Positions 17,015-44,607 are shown, counted from the first letter of the stretch. The stretch: 64,000 nt of DNA from the human T2T-CHM13v2.0 reference genome, Homo sapiens (GCA_009914755.4 CP068257.2:34624001-34688000); one strand, 5' to 3'. The notes: generated from the sequence alone by a model not told the origin. Program-made: numbers and translations.

Positions 17015-17446
17015 TCAGACAATGTGCCGACCATTGTAACAAAGTTTGAGGGTGGCACATATCACGCATGTGCGTGAACACCCAATCATCACACTAATGA
17101 ACTGCAGATGAATCGGAAGACTTTTTTTTCAGCCATTTTTTTCAGCCTCACATATGACACGGGGCAGCCCCCTATAGAAATGTCCAGGCCCCGAGGGCCT
17201 GGCCGTTGGGCGTCACCCAGTCAGTTATCCTCCAGCTCCTGGTCTCTTCCTTCGTTCCAGTGTTAATCGACAATGCTCCATGTGCACTGAGTGGTGTCGT
17301 GGAGGCTAAATAGTGGAAAAAGCAATTCCTGCCCTCAGTCCTCCTATATTCTAGGTTGGCAAAGAAGAGAGAAGAGAAGAGAAGCCATCCTAAAAAATAA
17401 CAGCACTGCGAGGCCAGGTTATGGAGCGAGCTCAGTCAGTGCTTAA

Positions 17447-18177
<731 letters not shown>

Positions 18178-18605
18178 TAGGAGTGGGAATGGTGCTCCAC
18201 AGGGCGGTCTGTGCTGCTGCAGGCTTGGTCGCCGTAGAACCAAGGGGTTCTTCGAGGTCCTGAAGACAGCTCTGCAGAGGCTATGACAGCCAGAGCGAGT
18301 GTGTTTAGGTTGTATTCCTTCACATTACTTGAATTTCTACAAATACCTGCAATTTCTAGTCTTTCCTGGGCTATAAAGGAACCGGATTTTATCTAGCTGA
18401 CTGATTTTTGGCGGTTCAAATAACAAAACTACATTTTGTGGTTAGTTTAGTTAATTAATAGCTGCAAATAGCTTTTTACAAGCAAGGAGGGGGTAAAATA
18501 TGTGTTTTAGAACTTGTTTCCAAGTAGTTCCAGCCACAGGGTTTTTGGGGAAGCTGTCTGAGCTGGGCTTGGAGTCATCTTCTAAACTAAGAACTAGAAT
18601 TTTTT

Positions 18606-18871
<266 letters not shown>

Positions 18872-19247
18872 TTAGAATTTTTTCTTGCCTCTTGGTAATC
18901 ATATGCATTCACTGGAGTCAACACTGGCCCTAGCTTTCTGTTTGGGAAGTTCGGTTACAGTGCCAATTTTCCCGAAATGCCTGTTGACGCCTGGAATGTA
19001 AAGTAGGTGCACAGGGTGGGAGATCACTGTAGAAGTCTAAGGGGATGTGAATGATTTGGGGACTCATAGGACACACTTGTTTTAATTGTACATGATGGGC
19101 ACTATCATGTCTGTTGTTATATCTGAAAGATTCTTTAGTCAAAAACCTTTGCTTTGTTAGGCTATAGATCTGTTTCATTTTGTATCTGAATTCTTTTAGC
19201 CTTATTTCCCACCAACTCGGAGTAATTGGTTTTACTTTCATTTTCAG

Positions 19248-19303
19248 AAATCGCCCCTAGTGGACATTCCTGTGTTGCAGTTTTGCTATGCTTTTCTCCA
19301 AAG
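19248..19303 (+). CDS. DOP1B: Coding exon (56 nt)
   Basis: Acceptor ttttcag|AAATCG and donor CAAAG|gtaatac. Frame [18 protein letters not shown] plus 2 nt. It supplies exactly the +2 phase needed by exon 22120. Confidence 0.6.
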
Positions 19304-19654
19304 GTAATACAGTCCCCCGTCCTCCAAAAACTTCCTTAAATACAGATGCTATTGCAGTGAGCATGCATAATAAATATCTGGTTTTATTTCTAGACTACTA
19401 GAGAGCCATTGTTCAGAAAATATCTTAAAGTTGTCATAATTTCTTCCCAAGGTATTGATCTATGCTTTTCCTTCTCCAGAGAGTTAACATCTTAAAATCT
19501 GTGCAGCGTACTTTGAACACTTTATATGAGCGAAGCTTTATGTGAGGCCTGTTAAACTTTAAAAGGCTTGGATTTGCATTAAATTGATACAGAAAAAGAA
19601 AAAAACCACATATAGGGAAGTGTTAAAGACCTCTTTTAGAAAAAGGAGAAATGG

Positions 19655-19956
<302 letters not shown>

Positions 19957-20198
19957 GGCAAAATGATTGTTTCTGGTGGCGTTCTCAGTGTGCCTTCCCA
20001 TGTTTTATGTGGAGAGGTATCTGCTTTGATTTGCTAAGTTAATATATGTATTAGGTGTCTCAGCTAAGAGAGCATTAAAGGGGATTCCGCAGGTTTTTCC
20101 CCATGGATGAAAAAGAAGCTTTACTGGACCTCATTCAGATCTTACAATGGCCGCATCCCAGGTGCAGCTCTGTGTTGCAGAAAATGAGGGTGAGGTGG

Positions 20199-20498
<300 letters not shown>

Positions 20499-21177
20499 GG
20501 GGGTGGGGAGGGTATAGACCACTTCTCAGGGAAGCCTCACTATGCCTACATAGCCATCAGGAGTCTCACTGTAAATAACTCCAACAACCAGGCACAGGCT
20601 CCTTGATTCACACAGTTAACATTACATAGTTATTCCCACTCACCACATTCTGAAGTTGCAGGACGGTAAATTGAGGCCTCCTGGTAGATGACCAGGGTGG
20701 GGTTAAATTCAGACCACTTCCCTTGTGAGCATCATTGTTGTTCTTTCCTCCAGGAGTTAAAGATGAGCCGGTCACTTCCCTCCTATGACAGCGAATATAT
20801 ATTGCGTTGCTGGCGAATGTTGAGTGTAGTGGCCTGAGGGACAGCTGAGCTTTCCCAGGAGCTGCAGGTTAGATTTGGTCATCCTCCTTTTGCAGAGGAG
20901 AAACCGCCTAGGTCACACAATAGGTAGTAAGTTGGAGAACCAGGACTTGGACCTGGGACACTCTGACTGTAGTCTGAGCTTTCACTGCCTGGACTGTGCT
21001 TCCTCGCTTTGGAGCGGTGATCTCAGAATCCTCATCCTGAGAGCTACAGAGCGGGGTAGGCCAGTTTCCTGGTGAGTGTCCTGGGACCTAATGCTTTGCA
21101 GCCTTCTGACAGGTGATGCTGTGTTACCAGCCACTTCAGGGAAGCAGAATATTAGCACTAGAAAGGCCTGAGAGATC

Positions 21178-21853
<676 letters not shown>

Positions 21854-22119
21854 CTAATTTAAGGCTTTTATTTTAGAGACAAAGAAACCAGGAGTATCTC
21901 ACCTGCCAGCAGTAGGATTTCAGGTTCCCAAACTCCAAGTGTTTGCCAGAATACCAAAGTTTAGCTCATGTACATTGTAAGTTTTTAAAAAGAAAAAGGT
22001 CAGTGAGGTATGCTGTTTACCCTTTGCTTTCCAACTGCCAGGATCTTAAATATGCTTATAAATAAATGTATTTTGACTTGTTCGTGGTTGAGTATTTTTC
22101 CTATCTTTTAAAAAAACAG

Positions 22120-22224
22120 GCTCCCAGTACCAGCCTTGCAAGAGAACTTTTCTTCACTGTTGGGAGTATTGAAAGAGTCTGTACAGTTGAATCTAGCCCC
22201 ACCTGGGTATTTTCTGCTTCTCAG
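22120..22224 (+). CDS. DOP1B: Coding exon (105 nt)
   Basis: Acceptor aaaacag|G and donor CTCAG|gtatca. Frame [34 protein letters not shown]. Phase-consistent with both neighbours. Confidence 0.7.
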
Positions 22225-22321
22225 GTATCATGTCACCACATTGTCATTGTGTAATATTTTCTCTTGGCACATATTTTATTTCTGCAGCATTTTTAATCTG
22301 AAGCTGATTGTCTCCCAACAG

Positions 22322-22388
22322 CATGCTGAATGACTTTGTAACAAGAACTCCCAACCTGGAAAACAAGAAGGACCAAAAAGACCTGCAG
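22322..22388 (+). CDS. DOP1B: Coding exon (67 nt)
   Basis: Acceptor cccaacag|C and donor CTGCAG|gtttgt. Frame (S)[22 protein letters not shown]. Confidence 0.7.
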
Positions 22389-22717
22389 GTTTGTATATGA
22401 AAGAGGTTCAGCCAAATGATATTACCCCAGCAGTGCTGTCCTCCTTTGGGGGATATCAGATAGCAGGTAGACAAGAGACATTGGACAGAATCTGAGGTTA
22501 GCTTTGCACTTGTTCTCAAGTCTTACTTCTGCCATCACTGTCTCTAGAGAGTTCGGACAGTCCCGGGGCCCGGGTTTTCTGATGAAGGTTCTTGTGTAAT
22601 GCTTGAGCAATCGATTGTGGAATTGACAGCTGCACCCCTCACCCTCCACACTGTATGCAGATGTTTGTGGATCTCACTGTAAAACATAAATGGAATAAGA
22701 AATCTTATTTCCCCCCA

Positions 22718-23346
<629 letters not shown>

Positions 23347-23593
23347 TCCATACATGGATTTCTTTCCTTAAACGCCTTATCCCCCATTATAACAGTAATA
23401 TATGCTCATAACAATTTGTTTAATACTGAAAAATAAAACTCATCATAGGAGAAGGAAAACTCAGAGTGGAATGCCAACTAATAAATACGGAAGTTATGAT
23501 GAAGTTGGAAAAATCACTGTTTTGCAAACCATTATAGACATTGATTCAGTTGGCTTTTCTATCACATTTATAGCCTTGGCGATACTACTGCTA

Positions 23594-24117
<524 letters not shown>

Positions 24118-24329
24118 CTAAGCCCTCCCTGCTTTCGTGGCCTGTTGCCTGTAGCAGGCCCCTCTGTCTTCAGCCAGCCTGGACAGGGCTCTGGCCACAG
24201 GCATTCCCTCCGTTGTTGCAGCTGGCATGCCTCTTCTCTGCTCCTTTTGGTTGCAGGGACCAGGTGGCATCTGCTTCTTTCTGTCTCATGACACCTGGCC
24301 TCCCCGCCACTAATTCCTTCCTACTGTTT

Positions 24330-25450
<1,121 letters not shown>

Positions 25451-26059
25451 TCAGTGCTTTCATCAGTCCTTACGGGAACTCCTCTAAGCCCCTAATCCCT
25501 TTTCCTGACTTTCCTTGTGCCCTTCACACCCAGCCCTGCCTAAGTTAGCCAATTCGCCACTTCCCTCGAGCGCACCCTTCTCTCACCCAGCAGGCAGGTG
25601 TGCCCTGCTTCACACCTCAACACAACTGCTGAGCCTAGGAACCGTGTGGCACAGTTGAGGTCAGGATTATAAAATTCTCGGATGTCAAGGATTATAGCCA
25701 CTCGTAGCTGGTGACACTTGATGACACTGGCTGAGAAGCCTGCTTCGAGTTTCTGTCTCTCCAGCTACTAACCAGATTCTTTACTGATCATACTCCTGAG
25801 AGTGGATGACTCCTCACTTCACCCCACTGAGTCAGTTTAACTTACTGACCTTTATTTCTTGTATATTATTGAAAGATGCATTTCTAGGAAGAACCCGTGG
25901 TCCTAGAGAAACCAGAAAGCCAATCCACTGAATACAATTTATGGTTTTTTCATCAGCGTGCTGCGATGACTTGTGTTCTCTGTATATTTTACCTACATTG
26001 GCCAGTATAGTAGCCGTTAGCCACAGGTGGCTGTTGAGCACTTGAAGTGTGGCTAGTCT

Positions 26060-27620
<1,561 letters not shown>

Positions 27621-27728
27621 ACCTCCTAAAAAGAAAAATGTGGTAGTCTGAATTGAATGCACTGTAAGTGCAAAACACACATTGGATTTCAGACTTAGGG
27701 CACACACAAAAGAGAATGCAAAATCTGA

Positions 27729-28037
<309 letters not shown>

Positions 28038-28103
28038 CGTATTAATAATTTTTATATTGAGTGCATGTTGATAATATTTTGTATATATTGGGTTAAATAA
28101 AAT

Positions 28104-28413
28104 ACATTATTAATTTTTTTTTTGAAACGAAGTCTCACTCTGTCATCCAGACTGGAGTGCAGTGGCATGATCTCAGCTCACTGCAGCTTCCACTTCCTGG
28201 GATCAAGCGATTCTCTTGCCTAAGCCTCCCGAGTACTGGGACTACAGGCATGTGCCATCATGCCCAGCTAATTTTTGTATTTTTTTTAGTAGAGACAGGG
28301 TTTCACCATGTTGGCCAGGATGGTCTCAAACTCCTGACCTCAAGTGATCCCCCTGCCTCAGCCTCAGCCTCCCAAAGTGCTGGGATTACAGGCATGAGCC
28401 ACTGCACCCAGCC
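28104..28413 (-). mobile_element. Alu SINE (antisense) with TSD ATTATTAATTT
   Basis: Poly-T plus antisense Alu; flanking direct repeats. Confidence 0.9.
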
Positions 28414-28597
28414 TATATTATTAATTTAACTTTAACTGTTTATTTTTACCTTCAATGTGGCTCCTAGAAAGCTTAATGGTACGTATATGCTCACAGCTGT
28501 GGCCTGCATTTTATTTCTACTGGACAGTGCTGTTTTAGGCACTTAACATTCTTTTCCTTAATTAACTTCCTTTCCCCCTCCTCCTGATAATTCTCAG

Positions 28598-28742
28598 GAA
28601 ATCACTCAGAAAATCCTAGAAGCTGTGGGGAACATTGCCGGCTCTTCCTTGGAGCAAACCAGCTGGCTAAGCAGAAACCTGGAAGTGAAGGCCCAACCTC
28701 AGGCCTCTCTAGAAGAATCTGATGCTGAGGAGGACCTGTATG
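28598..28742 (+). CDS. DOP1B: Coding exon (145 nt)
   Basis: Acceptor ttctcag|GAA and donor TATG|gtaggtgg. Frame [48 protein letters not shown]. Confidence 0.75.
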
Positions 28743-28855
28743 GTAGGTGGAGATGGGTTGGCTGATAGTGCCTCTGGTCAGCGCGTGGTTCTGGCTTTTC
28801 CTTAAGAGAGATCTTGAGTGTTCTCACCACAAAAAGAAAGAAAGTACTTAAGGTA

Positions 28856-29185
<330 letters not shown>

Positions 29186-29214
29186 TTAGTCAAACTTTAG
29201 AAAACATCACTTTG

Positions 29215-29507
29215 AGGCCAGGCATGGTGGCTCACGCCTGTAATCCCAGCAGTTTGGGAGGCCGAGGTGGGTGGATCACCTGAGGTCAGGAGTTCAAGAC
29301 CAGCCTGGCCAAGATGGTGAAACCCCATCTTAACTAAAAATACAAAAATTAGCCGCGCGTGGTAGTGGGCGCCTGTAATCCCAGCTACATGGGAGGCTGA
29401 GGCAGAGAATTGCTTGAACCTGGGAGGAGGAGGTTGCAGTGAGCCAAGATTGTACCACTGCACTCCAGCCTGGGCGACAGAGTGAGACTACACCTCAAAA
29501 AAAAAAA
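29215..29507 (+). mobile_element. Alu SINE (sense), second of the pair; the pair is bracketed by AAAGAAAGAAAGTAC direct repeats
   Basis: GGCCAGGCATGGTGGCTCACGCCTG...polyA then AGAAAGAAAGAAAGTAC. Confidence 0.9.
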
Positions 29508-29636
29508 AAAAGAAAGAAAGAAAGTACATGAGGTGATGCATGTCTTAACTTGTGTTTTTTCACAATGTATGCATATATCAGCAGGGATGGTGAAATATTG
29601 AAAAAAGAAAACATATATCAAAACATCATGTTATAA

Positions 29637-30279
<643 letters not shown>

Positions 30280-30420
30280 TGAGCCTCAGTGGGGCTCCAG
30301 AAAGTAACACCCCAAGACCATTTACCTGGACATGGTGATAGAAATCTGTGTGGGATAAAGATGATGAGAATGTGTGTGTTTCTTTTTGCAGAACTATGGA
30401 AAGAGAATTTAGCAAATCAA

Positions 30421-30490
30421 GCTGGGAGGGTTGGCTCATGCCTGTAATCCCAGCACTTTGGGAGGCTGAGGTGGGCGGGTCGCCTGAGGT
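30421..30490 (+). mobile_element. Alu left-arm fragment (sense)
   Basis: GCTGGGAGGGTTGGCTCATGCCTGTAATCCCAGCACTTTGGGAGGCTGAGGTGGGCGG. Confidence 0.75.
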
Positions 30491-30771
30491 GATTACAAAT
30501 GATCCTTTTTTTTTTTTTTTCAGGATTAAGCATATCTTGGGGCAAGTGATTTTCTTTGCTACTGTCAGTGTCATTTAACACAGGGAAGGACAGTATGCCC
30601 AGTGCCAGTAGAGCTTAATACAACGTGAGAAAGGATGTTTGGTCCCAGTTTTATTTAATACAGGAACAAGAAACTACATTTCAGTTTTCAGTGTAAACTA
30701 TCACAGTACCTGCCACAGAGTAATGTTCAAATATTGTTATCTTTCATTATTACTTCTACGAAAATTGTTAG

Positions 30772-32041
<1,270 letters not shown>

Positions 32042-32342
32042 TTAGTACTGCGAGGAAAGTAAGAGTAATGTGATAAGGAGTGGCTGGTAGTGGGGCAGGG
32101 CCACTGTGAGTGTTACAGAACATGTCCCCAAAGAGGTGACAGTTGTGCTGAGAGATGAAAGACAAGGGGACAGCCCTGCAGAGGTCTGGGAAGGCACTGC
32201 CCCGAGGGGATTGCAGGCCTTGGCCACGGGAGTGGGCTTAGACCCAGCGACCTGAAGACCAGGACTCTGGAGCTTCATGAAAGTGGTGGGAAGAGGTCAG
32301 AGAAAGGGTGGAGACTGATGAGACTGATGGTTGTCGGGCTTG

Positions 32343-32676
<334 letters not shown>

Positions 32677-33364
32677 TCATCCCACTTGCCACAGGTAGCC
32701 TTAAAGTACTTAGAGCAGCCACATGTTAGTCAAACTTTAAAAACCATCACTTTGGCTGCTGTGATCAGTACAGTGTGTATTGGATGAGCACAGAAACTGG
32801 AAGTCCAGGTAAAAGGATTTTGCGCTGGTTAAGGCAGAAGATGATTCTGGCTTGGAGGCAGGGTCAACAGAAAGGGACAGTTTAAATGCAGAGTCAGCAG
32901 GATTTGCTGATGGATCGGATGTAGTTATTTTAGAAAATGCAGCCAAGGATGACAGGTTTTTGGCTTAAGCAATTTACCAAGGTGGAAAAAACAGAAGAAA
33001 AAACATTTCGTAGAGAAAAATTGAGCTTGATTTTGCACATGTTAAGTCGGAAATGATGGAAAAGAGAAGGACCCAGCAAAGATGATTAAGCAGTCACTGA
33101 GGTGGGTGAACCAAGAGAGCATAGAGCCTTGGAGTCTGGGAGGAGACAATGTGTCCGAAGGCCCCAGGGGCAGACACACGGTGGAGGGCCGCTGAGAAGC
33201 AAAGTGCAACAGGAAGGGGCAACAGGAGCTGACAATGTAGAATTCATCGGGGTGGGTGGTCAGGATGGTGAGGGGACACTTGAGAAACAGGTGGAGAAGA
33301 GGATGGGAATGGAGCAAGGGGAGACAGTGGAGGTCGGTAACTCTTTGAGGCTAGTTGTCCATAG

Positions 33365-33751
<387 letters not shown>

Positions 33752-33907
33752 TGACAGAACAGTACAGCAGAGAGGAAGAAATTAATTCAAGAGAGAGGAA
33801 GGATAATTAGCAGAGTCCTTGATGGCCACAGGGCCAGGATTGGGATCATAAATGGAATTATTGTTATTTGATAGGAGTCAGGAACATATCTATTAAAACA
33901 GGAGATG

Positions 33908-34199
33908 AGGCTGGGCACAGTGGCTCACGCCTGTAATCCCAGCACTTTGGGAGGCTGAGGCTAGCAGTTTGCTTGAGCCCAGGAGTTCGAGACCAGCCTG
34001 GACAACACAGTGAAAAATCCCCATCTCTACAAAAATTACAGCCTGTAGTAATGGGACCTGTAGTTCCAGCTTCTGAGGAGGCTGAGGTGGGAAGATCACT
34101 TGAGTCCAGGAGGCGGAGGCTGCAGTGAGCCAAGATTGCACCACTGTACTCCAGCCTGGGCAACAAAGCGAGAACTTGTCTCAAAAAAAAAAAAAAAAG
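33908..34199 (+). mobile_element. Alu SINE (sense)
   Basis: GGCTGGGCACAGTGGCTCACGCCTG...polyA. Confidence 0.9.
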
Positions 34200-34812
34200 A
34201 ATTATGTTGGAGAGTGGGAAAGCCAGCACCCCACCTGGGAACATGTGGTAGCATCAAGTCCCTTGAGAGATTCATGGTCATGACATAAAGTAAGATCAGT
34301 TGCTTGGTGGTCTGGTTTGCTCTGGAACATTTAGCTACACATAACTACGTAGACAGATCATTGGGTGTACCCAGCAGTGCATTCTTCTAGGTGAGTCCTT
34401 CCGAGGGAAAGAAGCAAAGGAGTGAAGGGTAGATGACTGACCCTGGGTGTGGGTGGGAGGTGAGGACCTGTAGCAGCTGCTGGGTAGTTAGGCAGTAGGA
34501 CTCAGGGACTGGAAAGCTGTCCTAGGATGCAGGAAAATGCCAGAGGGGTGGTCAGAGGAGGATGCTGGAAACGGAGATTTGAGAAGCTGGTGAGGTCAAG
34601 GGTATGACAGTGGTGGAGCTGGAGCGGAGTCGGGGATGGTTAGAAGAGAAGAAGGCCAGGGGCTTAGAGGCTGGGATGTAGGAGGGAGCATCCAAAGGGG
34701 TCGTGCAGTTTCAAGAACGATGATGAGAATGGAAATGGAGAGGATGTTAGTGAGTTAGTGCTAATTTATTTGATCAAAATATCCAGATTCTTAGTTGTTG
34801 AAACTGAATGTT

Positions 34813-35460
<648 letters not shown>

Positions 35461-35585
35461 TCATATGGACACAATTGGTATGAAAGGCGGGAGCTGATGG
35501 CTCACATTCATGCAGGGCTTTTGGGGACAGTAAATGGTGACCCATCCATCATAGTTAACATACAAATGGCTCTTTCTGTTCACAG

Positions 35586-35665
35586 ATGCTGCTGCAGCTT
35601 CAGCAATGGTGTCTTCATCCGCCCCGTCGGTGTACAGCGTGCAAGCCCTCTCTCTCCTGGCAGAG
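35586..35665 (+). CDS. DOP1B: Coding exon (80 nt)
   Basis: Acceptor ttcacag|AT and donor GCAGAG|gtaaat. Frame (D)[26 protein letters not shown]. Confidence 0.7.
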
Positions 35666-35704
35666 GTAAATACACACCTGACCTGTCGTCCTTTATGGAA
35701 ATGA

Positions 35705-36145
<441 letters not shown>

Positions 36146-36149
36146 ATAA

Positions 36150-36648
<499 letters not shown>

Positions 36649-36772
36649 GTAACGTCATCTTCGCCATTTCTTCCCACCCATATGCAGAAAAATATGTTTT
36701 CACAAATGAATCAAGTAGTTTTCCTTGGACAGTCCTTGACCTTGACCCTTCTCTCTTCCCACTCCCACTCAG

Positions 36773-36919
36773 TGCCTACAATGCTCCCAGCTTCCGGGCT
36801 GGCGCTCAGCTGCTGAGCTCCCTGAGTGGCTATGCCTACACAAAGCGAGCCTGGAGGAAGGAGGTCCTGGAGCTGTTTCTCGACCCCGCTTTCTTTCAGA
36901 TGGATACTTCCTGTGTTCA
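36773..36919 (+). CDS. DOP1B: Coding exon (147 nt)
   Basis: Acceptor cccactcag|T and donor GTTCA|gtaagat. Frame (S)[48 protein letters not shown]. Confidence 0.75.
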
Positions 36920-37079
36920 GTAAGATATGCTGTCCTGATAACAACGTGCTCTGAATCTTCAGGTGGAAATGGCATTTTGGTTTACAGAATTCTCATTCCT
37001 GAAATAGAAGCAGAGCCATAGGATCAACCCAAATAACAGGACGTCCCTGTCACAGGCTCGCATGTTGACCATGTGTTCA

Positions 37080-37444
<365 letters not shown>

Positions 37445-37691
37445 CAGCAGAACTTGGGGTTCCAGTGATACTTGTTCTATCTAATACTGCTTTGTCTTGT
37501 AATCACAAAATAATTGGCCAGTGTTAAGATGACAGAGCCCACTGGGTGACCCTGGGGGTGTCTTTACCCCACTTCTCGGCTGATACTCCACAAGTTCTTA
37601 CTGAGATCTTGCAGCAGCCAAGCAGAGATCCACTGAGACTCAGATGCAAGATGTGCTCCTGGGCCTTTTCCTGAGATAAAGAAAATCACTC

Positions 37692-38023
<332 letters not shown>

Positions 38024-38435
38024 TTATTAATGACAGGAAGGCTTAGCGATAGAGGGTAGAGATTGGGAACCCTTTTTGTATGGCATGAAAGCATGGCCAC
38101 CCCCAGAGGGCTGCTGGTGGCCCTGTGGCCTCCCTCCACGTGATCTTGTTGCTCTGCTGGGGTAGCTCATTTGGAAAGAAAAGCTAAGGGTGGTATTTGT
38201 CTTCACTATCCCACTCTTTTCATCAACACAACTGTGTGAATATCATCCTGTATGAACATATTTAAGAATAACCCTTGAAAAAGCCAGAGTGCCTTGTCAG
38301 TTTGTTTCTTTGTGGTAAACTGGAAAAAGTCATCATTCATTCCCTATGTTAGGGTTATAAATGAAAAGCTTTTTCGTAGCTTTCTTTTATATGTAAACTA
38401 TTTATTTCTATCACTAACCTCTTTTCAGAAAGCAG

Positions 38436-38737
<302 letters not shown>

Positions 38738-38848
38738 CCAGAAAGCAGTTTTTAATATATCTTAAGAGGATATGTTATTTTCTTAATGTTTTGAATCAAA
38801 CTATCATCCACTGCAAATTTAATTGATTTTGCTTTCTTTAATATCCAG

Positions 38849-38910
38849 TTGGAAGTCCATTATTGACCATCTTTTGACTCATGAGAAAACAATGTTTAAG
38901 GATTTAATGA
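38849..38910 (+). CDS. DOP1B: Coding exon (62 nt)
   Basis: Acceptor atatccag|TT and donor AATGA|gtaagt. Frame (H)[20 protein letters not shown]. Confidence 0.7.
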
Positions 38911-39286
38911 GTAAGTTCTGTGTTACTTTTGCATAACTCACACTTGATAGGATCAATGCCAATATAACCAGCTTTCATCATGTATTTCCGAACCCTACTC
39001 ACACTTTCATGGTGCTGTCTACGCCACAAAGACTGTAATGTGATGTTCATAATATGGCAGGACTAAATCAATGAGTCTTTTCCAGTTGCAATTTATTGAC
39101 AAGAACGCCACGACAACCTTTTTCATAGTTTTATAGTGGAGAAATACTGCCGAAAGCATCCAGCTTCACATCTTGACATTTGTGCTGAAAGTAATAAGTT
39201 TCTATAATTTACTAGGAGGACTTTTCTACACCTCAGATCCCTTCTCATGCACTATCATTAAGTATCATTAAAGAAATAAGTATTGG

Positions 39287-39916
<630 letters not shown>

Positions 39917-40046
39917 TCATGTCCTTACTTAATAAAGATCATGATTTTTCACCAGGGAATATAGAATTACACTAGTATGAATTTCCCATCACTTCCCTCC
40001 AATTGTGGTTTTCTCACTAAGTAAAACATTGCTGTATTTATTCTAG

Positions 40047-40175
40047 ACATGCAGAGCAGTTCTTTGAAACTATTCTCAAGTTTTGAACAGAAAGCCATGC
40101 TGTTAAAGCGCCAGGCTTTTGCTGTCTTCAGTGGAGAACTTGATCAATACCACCTTTACCTTCCACTGATACAAG
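40047..40175 (+). CDS. DOP1B: Coding exon (129 nt)
   Basis: Acceptor ttctag|ACATG and donor ACAAG|gtaaga. Frame (N)[42 protein letters not shown]. Confidence 0.75.
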
Positions 40176-40189
40176 GTAAGACAGCTGTC

Positions 40190-40520
40190 TTAGTCTGTTT
40201 TTTGCTGTTATAACAGAATACCTGAGACTGGGGAATTTATAAAAACAGAAATTTATTGCCTCACAGTTCTGGAGGCTGAGAAGTCCTATATCCAGGGCTG
40301 GCGTCTGGCAAGGGCCTTCTTGCTGCAACATCCTATGGCAGAAGGTGGAAAGGCAAAAGAGCAAGAGGGGGCTGAACCTGCCCTTTTATTACAGTACCAA
40401 TCCCATCCATGATGTGGCCTAATCACCTCTTAAAGGCCCCACTTCCCGATAACATTACATTTACAATAAAATTTGAGCATGCATTTTGGACAGGACAAAC
40501 ATTCAAACCACAGCAACAGC
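40190..40520 (-). mobile_element. MaLR-type LTR fragment (antisense)
   Basis: TAACAGAATACCTGAGACTGGGGAATTTATAAAAACAGAAATTTATTGCCTCACAGTTCTGGAGGCTGAGAAGTCC... resembles the reverse complement of THE1/MST/MLT LTRs. Confidence 0.6.
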
Positions 40521-40704
40521 TGACCTGCCCTCACTGCCCCCACACACAGATAGACCCATGAGGGGCTGAGATGATTAAGTACTAGAGGGGTCTACTGCGT
40601 GCTTTGGCATGATTGTCACTTGTTAAAACAAGTATTCTGCAGAGTTATAGAACTTCAGAAGTATATTGGTAAATCTGAAACTTTATTTTAAAATCAATTA
40701 TAGG

Positions 40705-41034
<330 letters not shown>

Positions 41035-41257
41035 TTAAAAGTCTGACCACAGTATAGGAATAATACTTCCTCAGCACTGTCTCTTGCTAGAGTCCTCCTG
41101 CAGTCAAGGTACTCGGTGTTTACAGTACTCCCTTAATCAGCACCTTCAGCTGAGGCCAGGGAAGGGGCAAGATTTTGGAGAAGGATCTAATTTTTCCTTA
41201 ACAATTTTTTTTTCATCCCCACTACATTCTTTGACTGCATCAAAAATAATTATTGCT

Positions 41258-41550
41258 GACTGGGCACGGTGGCTCACGCCTGTAATCCCAGCACTTTCAG
41301 AGGCCAAGGCGGGTGGATCTCTTGAGGTCAGGAGTTTGACATCAGCCTGCCCAATGTGGTAAAACCCCATCTCTACTAAAAATACAAAAATTAGCCTGGT
41401 GTGGTGACTCATGCCTATAATCCCAGCTACTGGGGAGGCAGAAGCAGGAGAATCGCTTGAACCTGGTAGGCACTGAGCCGAGATTGTGCCACTGCACTCC
41501 AGCCTGGGTGGCAGAGAGAGACTCCATTGCAAAAATAAATAAATAAATTG
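41258..41550 (+). mobile_element. Alu SINE (sense)
   Basis: GACTGGGCACGGTGGCTCACGCCTG...AAATAAATAAATAAA tail. Confidence 0.9.
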
Positions 41551-41639
41551 TTATTATTATTGCCAACATCGTACGTGATTGTCAGGGTTTTTTTTTTTTT
41601 TTCCTTCTCATAAAATGTTCAGGTGGCAAAGTTGACATT

Positions 41640-41946
41640 CTGTTTTGTTTTTGTTTTCATTTTGAGCCAGGGTCTCCCTCTGTCACCCAGGCTGGAGTGC
41701 AGTGGCGCAGTCTCGCCTCATTGAAACCTCCGCCTCCTAGGTTCAAGTGATTCTCCTGCCTCAGCCTCCAAGTAGCTGGGATTACAGGCACCCACCACCA
41801 TGTCCGGCTAATTTTTGAATTTTTTTAGTAGAGACAGGGTTTCACCATGTTGGCCAGGCTGGTCGCGAACTCCTGACCTCAGGTGATCTGCCCACCTTGG
41901 CCTCCCAAAGTGCTTGGATTACAGGCATGAGCCACCGCACCCAGCC
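41640..41946 (-). mobile_element. Alu SINE (antisense)
   Basis: Antisense Alu consensus. Confidence 0.9.
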
Positions 41947-42458
41947 GGAAAGATCTTGTTTTAGTTCAAAGCATTAACAGCGTTGACTCGTTAGTCATGA
42001 TAACTTACATATGCAATAATAAAACACCTTTACACTTTAACTGACATAATTTCCGCATGTAGTGCACATAAGATTTTTACCTTGTAATATCTTGAACACT
42101 TAAGAAACATGAAAGAAAACTTTCAAATATTAACAAGTCCAGTTGGCGTGCCTTGCTTGAATAACTGTGATAGGAGGATGATTTAATCAGACGGTAACCA
42201 GGAGCACCAGTAAAGGTAATGTCAGCTCTCCAAAGACTGTGGCTAAATGCAAGGTCAGAGCTGAACTTTGTTGCCTCCCTACAAAATCTGGAGAGAAAAA
42301 GAACAACAGGAATCACCTTTTCTTTAGTTCATGTGCAGTATAGGGGAGGATTCTTTATGAACCCAACCACTAGACAGTGGCCCTAAGGGAAGCAGTAAGT
42401 CTACTTTCTCAGTGGAGGAAAATGAAAAGGAGAGCATATTGGGCAATGTACCTGATAA

Positions 42459-43189
<731 letters not shown>

Positions 43190-43359
43190 TAGCTAAATAG
43201 ACAGCATTAGGTGTATAGAAGCTAGAACCAAAAAAACAAAAAGATAGACAACATTCTGAAACAGGGGTGTGGAGAATTTGACCATGGTAGAGTTTAAACA
43301 CCCAGCAATTCTGAGAAATTATTTCTCTGAGAGGGAGCAAGCACAGGCAATATAATAGA

Positions 43360-43942
<583 letters not shown>

Positions 43943-44294
43943 TAAATACGCTTCGTTTTGGATAGCTCAAGTGCTATATTTCTAAAAATACTACGTGTTT
44001 TTAAAAAATAAGCCTTTTGCCCTGTTTTCATTTTTGATGAACTGACAGTTTACAGAGCACTTTCCTACATGTTGTCGTTGTCCCCAGGATGCTCGTGGAT
44101 AGGCCCAGCCCCCCTGAGTCCTGGGTTGATGGCACTCAGAGTGTCCTCTGCCAGAGCTGGGGGACACTGAACTTGCCTGGAGATGCCCTGTGGAGGGATG
44201 ATGCCCACATCTGCCTCAGAGAGGTAGATGCATCCAGAAGCTCCCAAGAAGTGTCCCATAGTAAATAGTTTGGGCCCAATTAAAAGAGGCAGGA

Positions 44295-44607
<313 letters not shown>

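Noticed and set aside
22066-22254. Alternative frame for exon 22120-22224 ([35 protein letters not shown])
   Set aside because: Both frames are open. I chose the other one ([34 protein letters not shown]) because only it is phase-compatible with exons 19248-19303 and 22322-22388, and it reads more like helical protein sequence.
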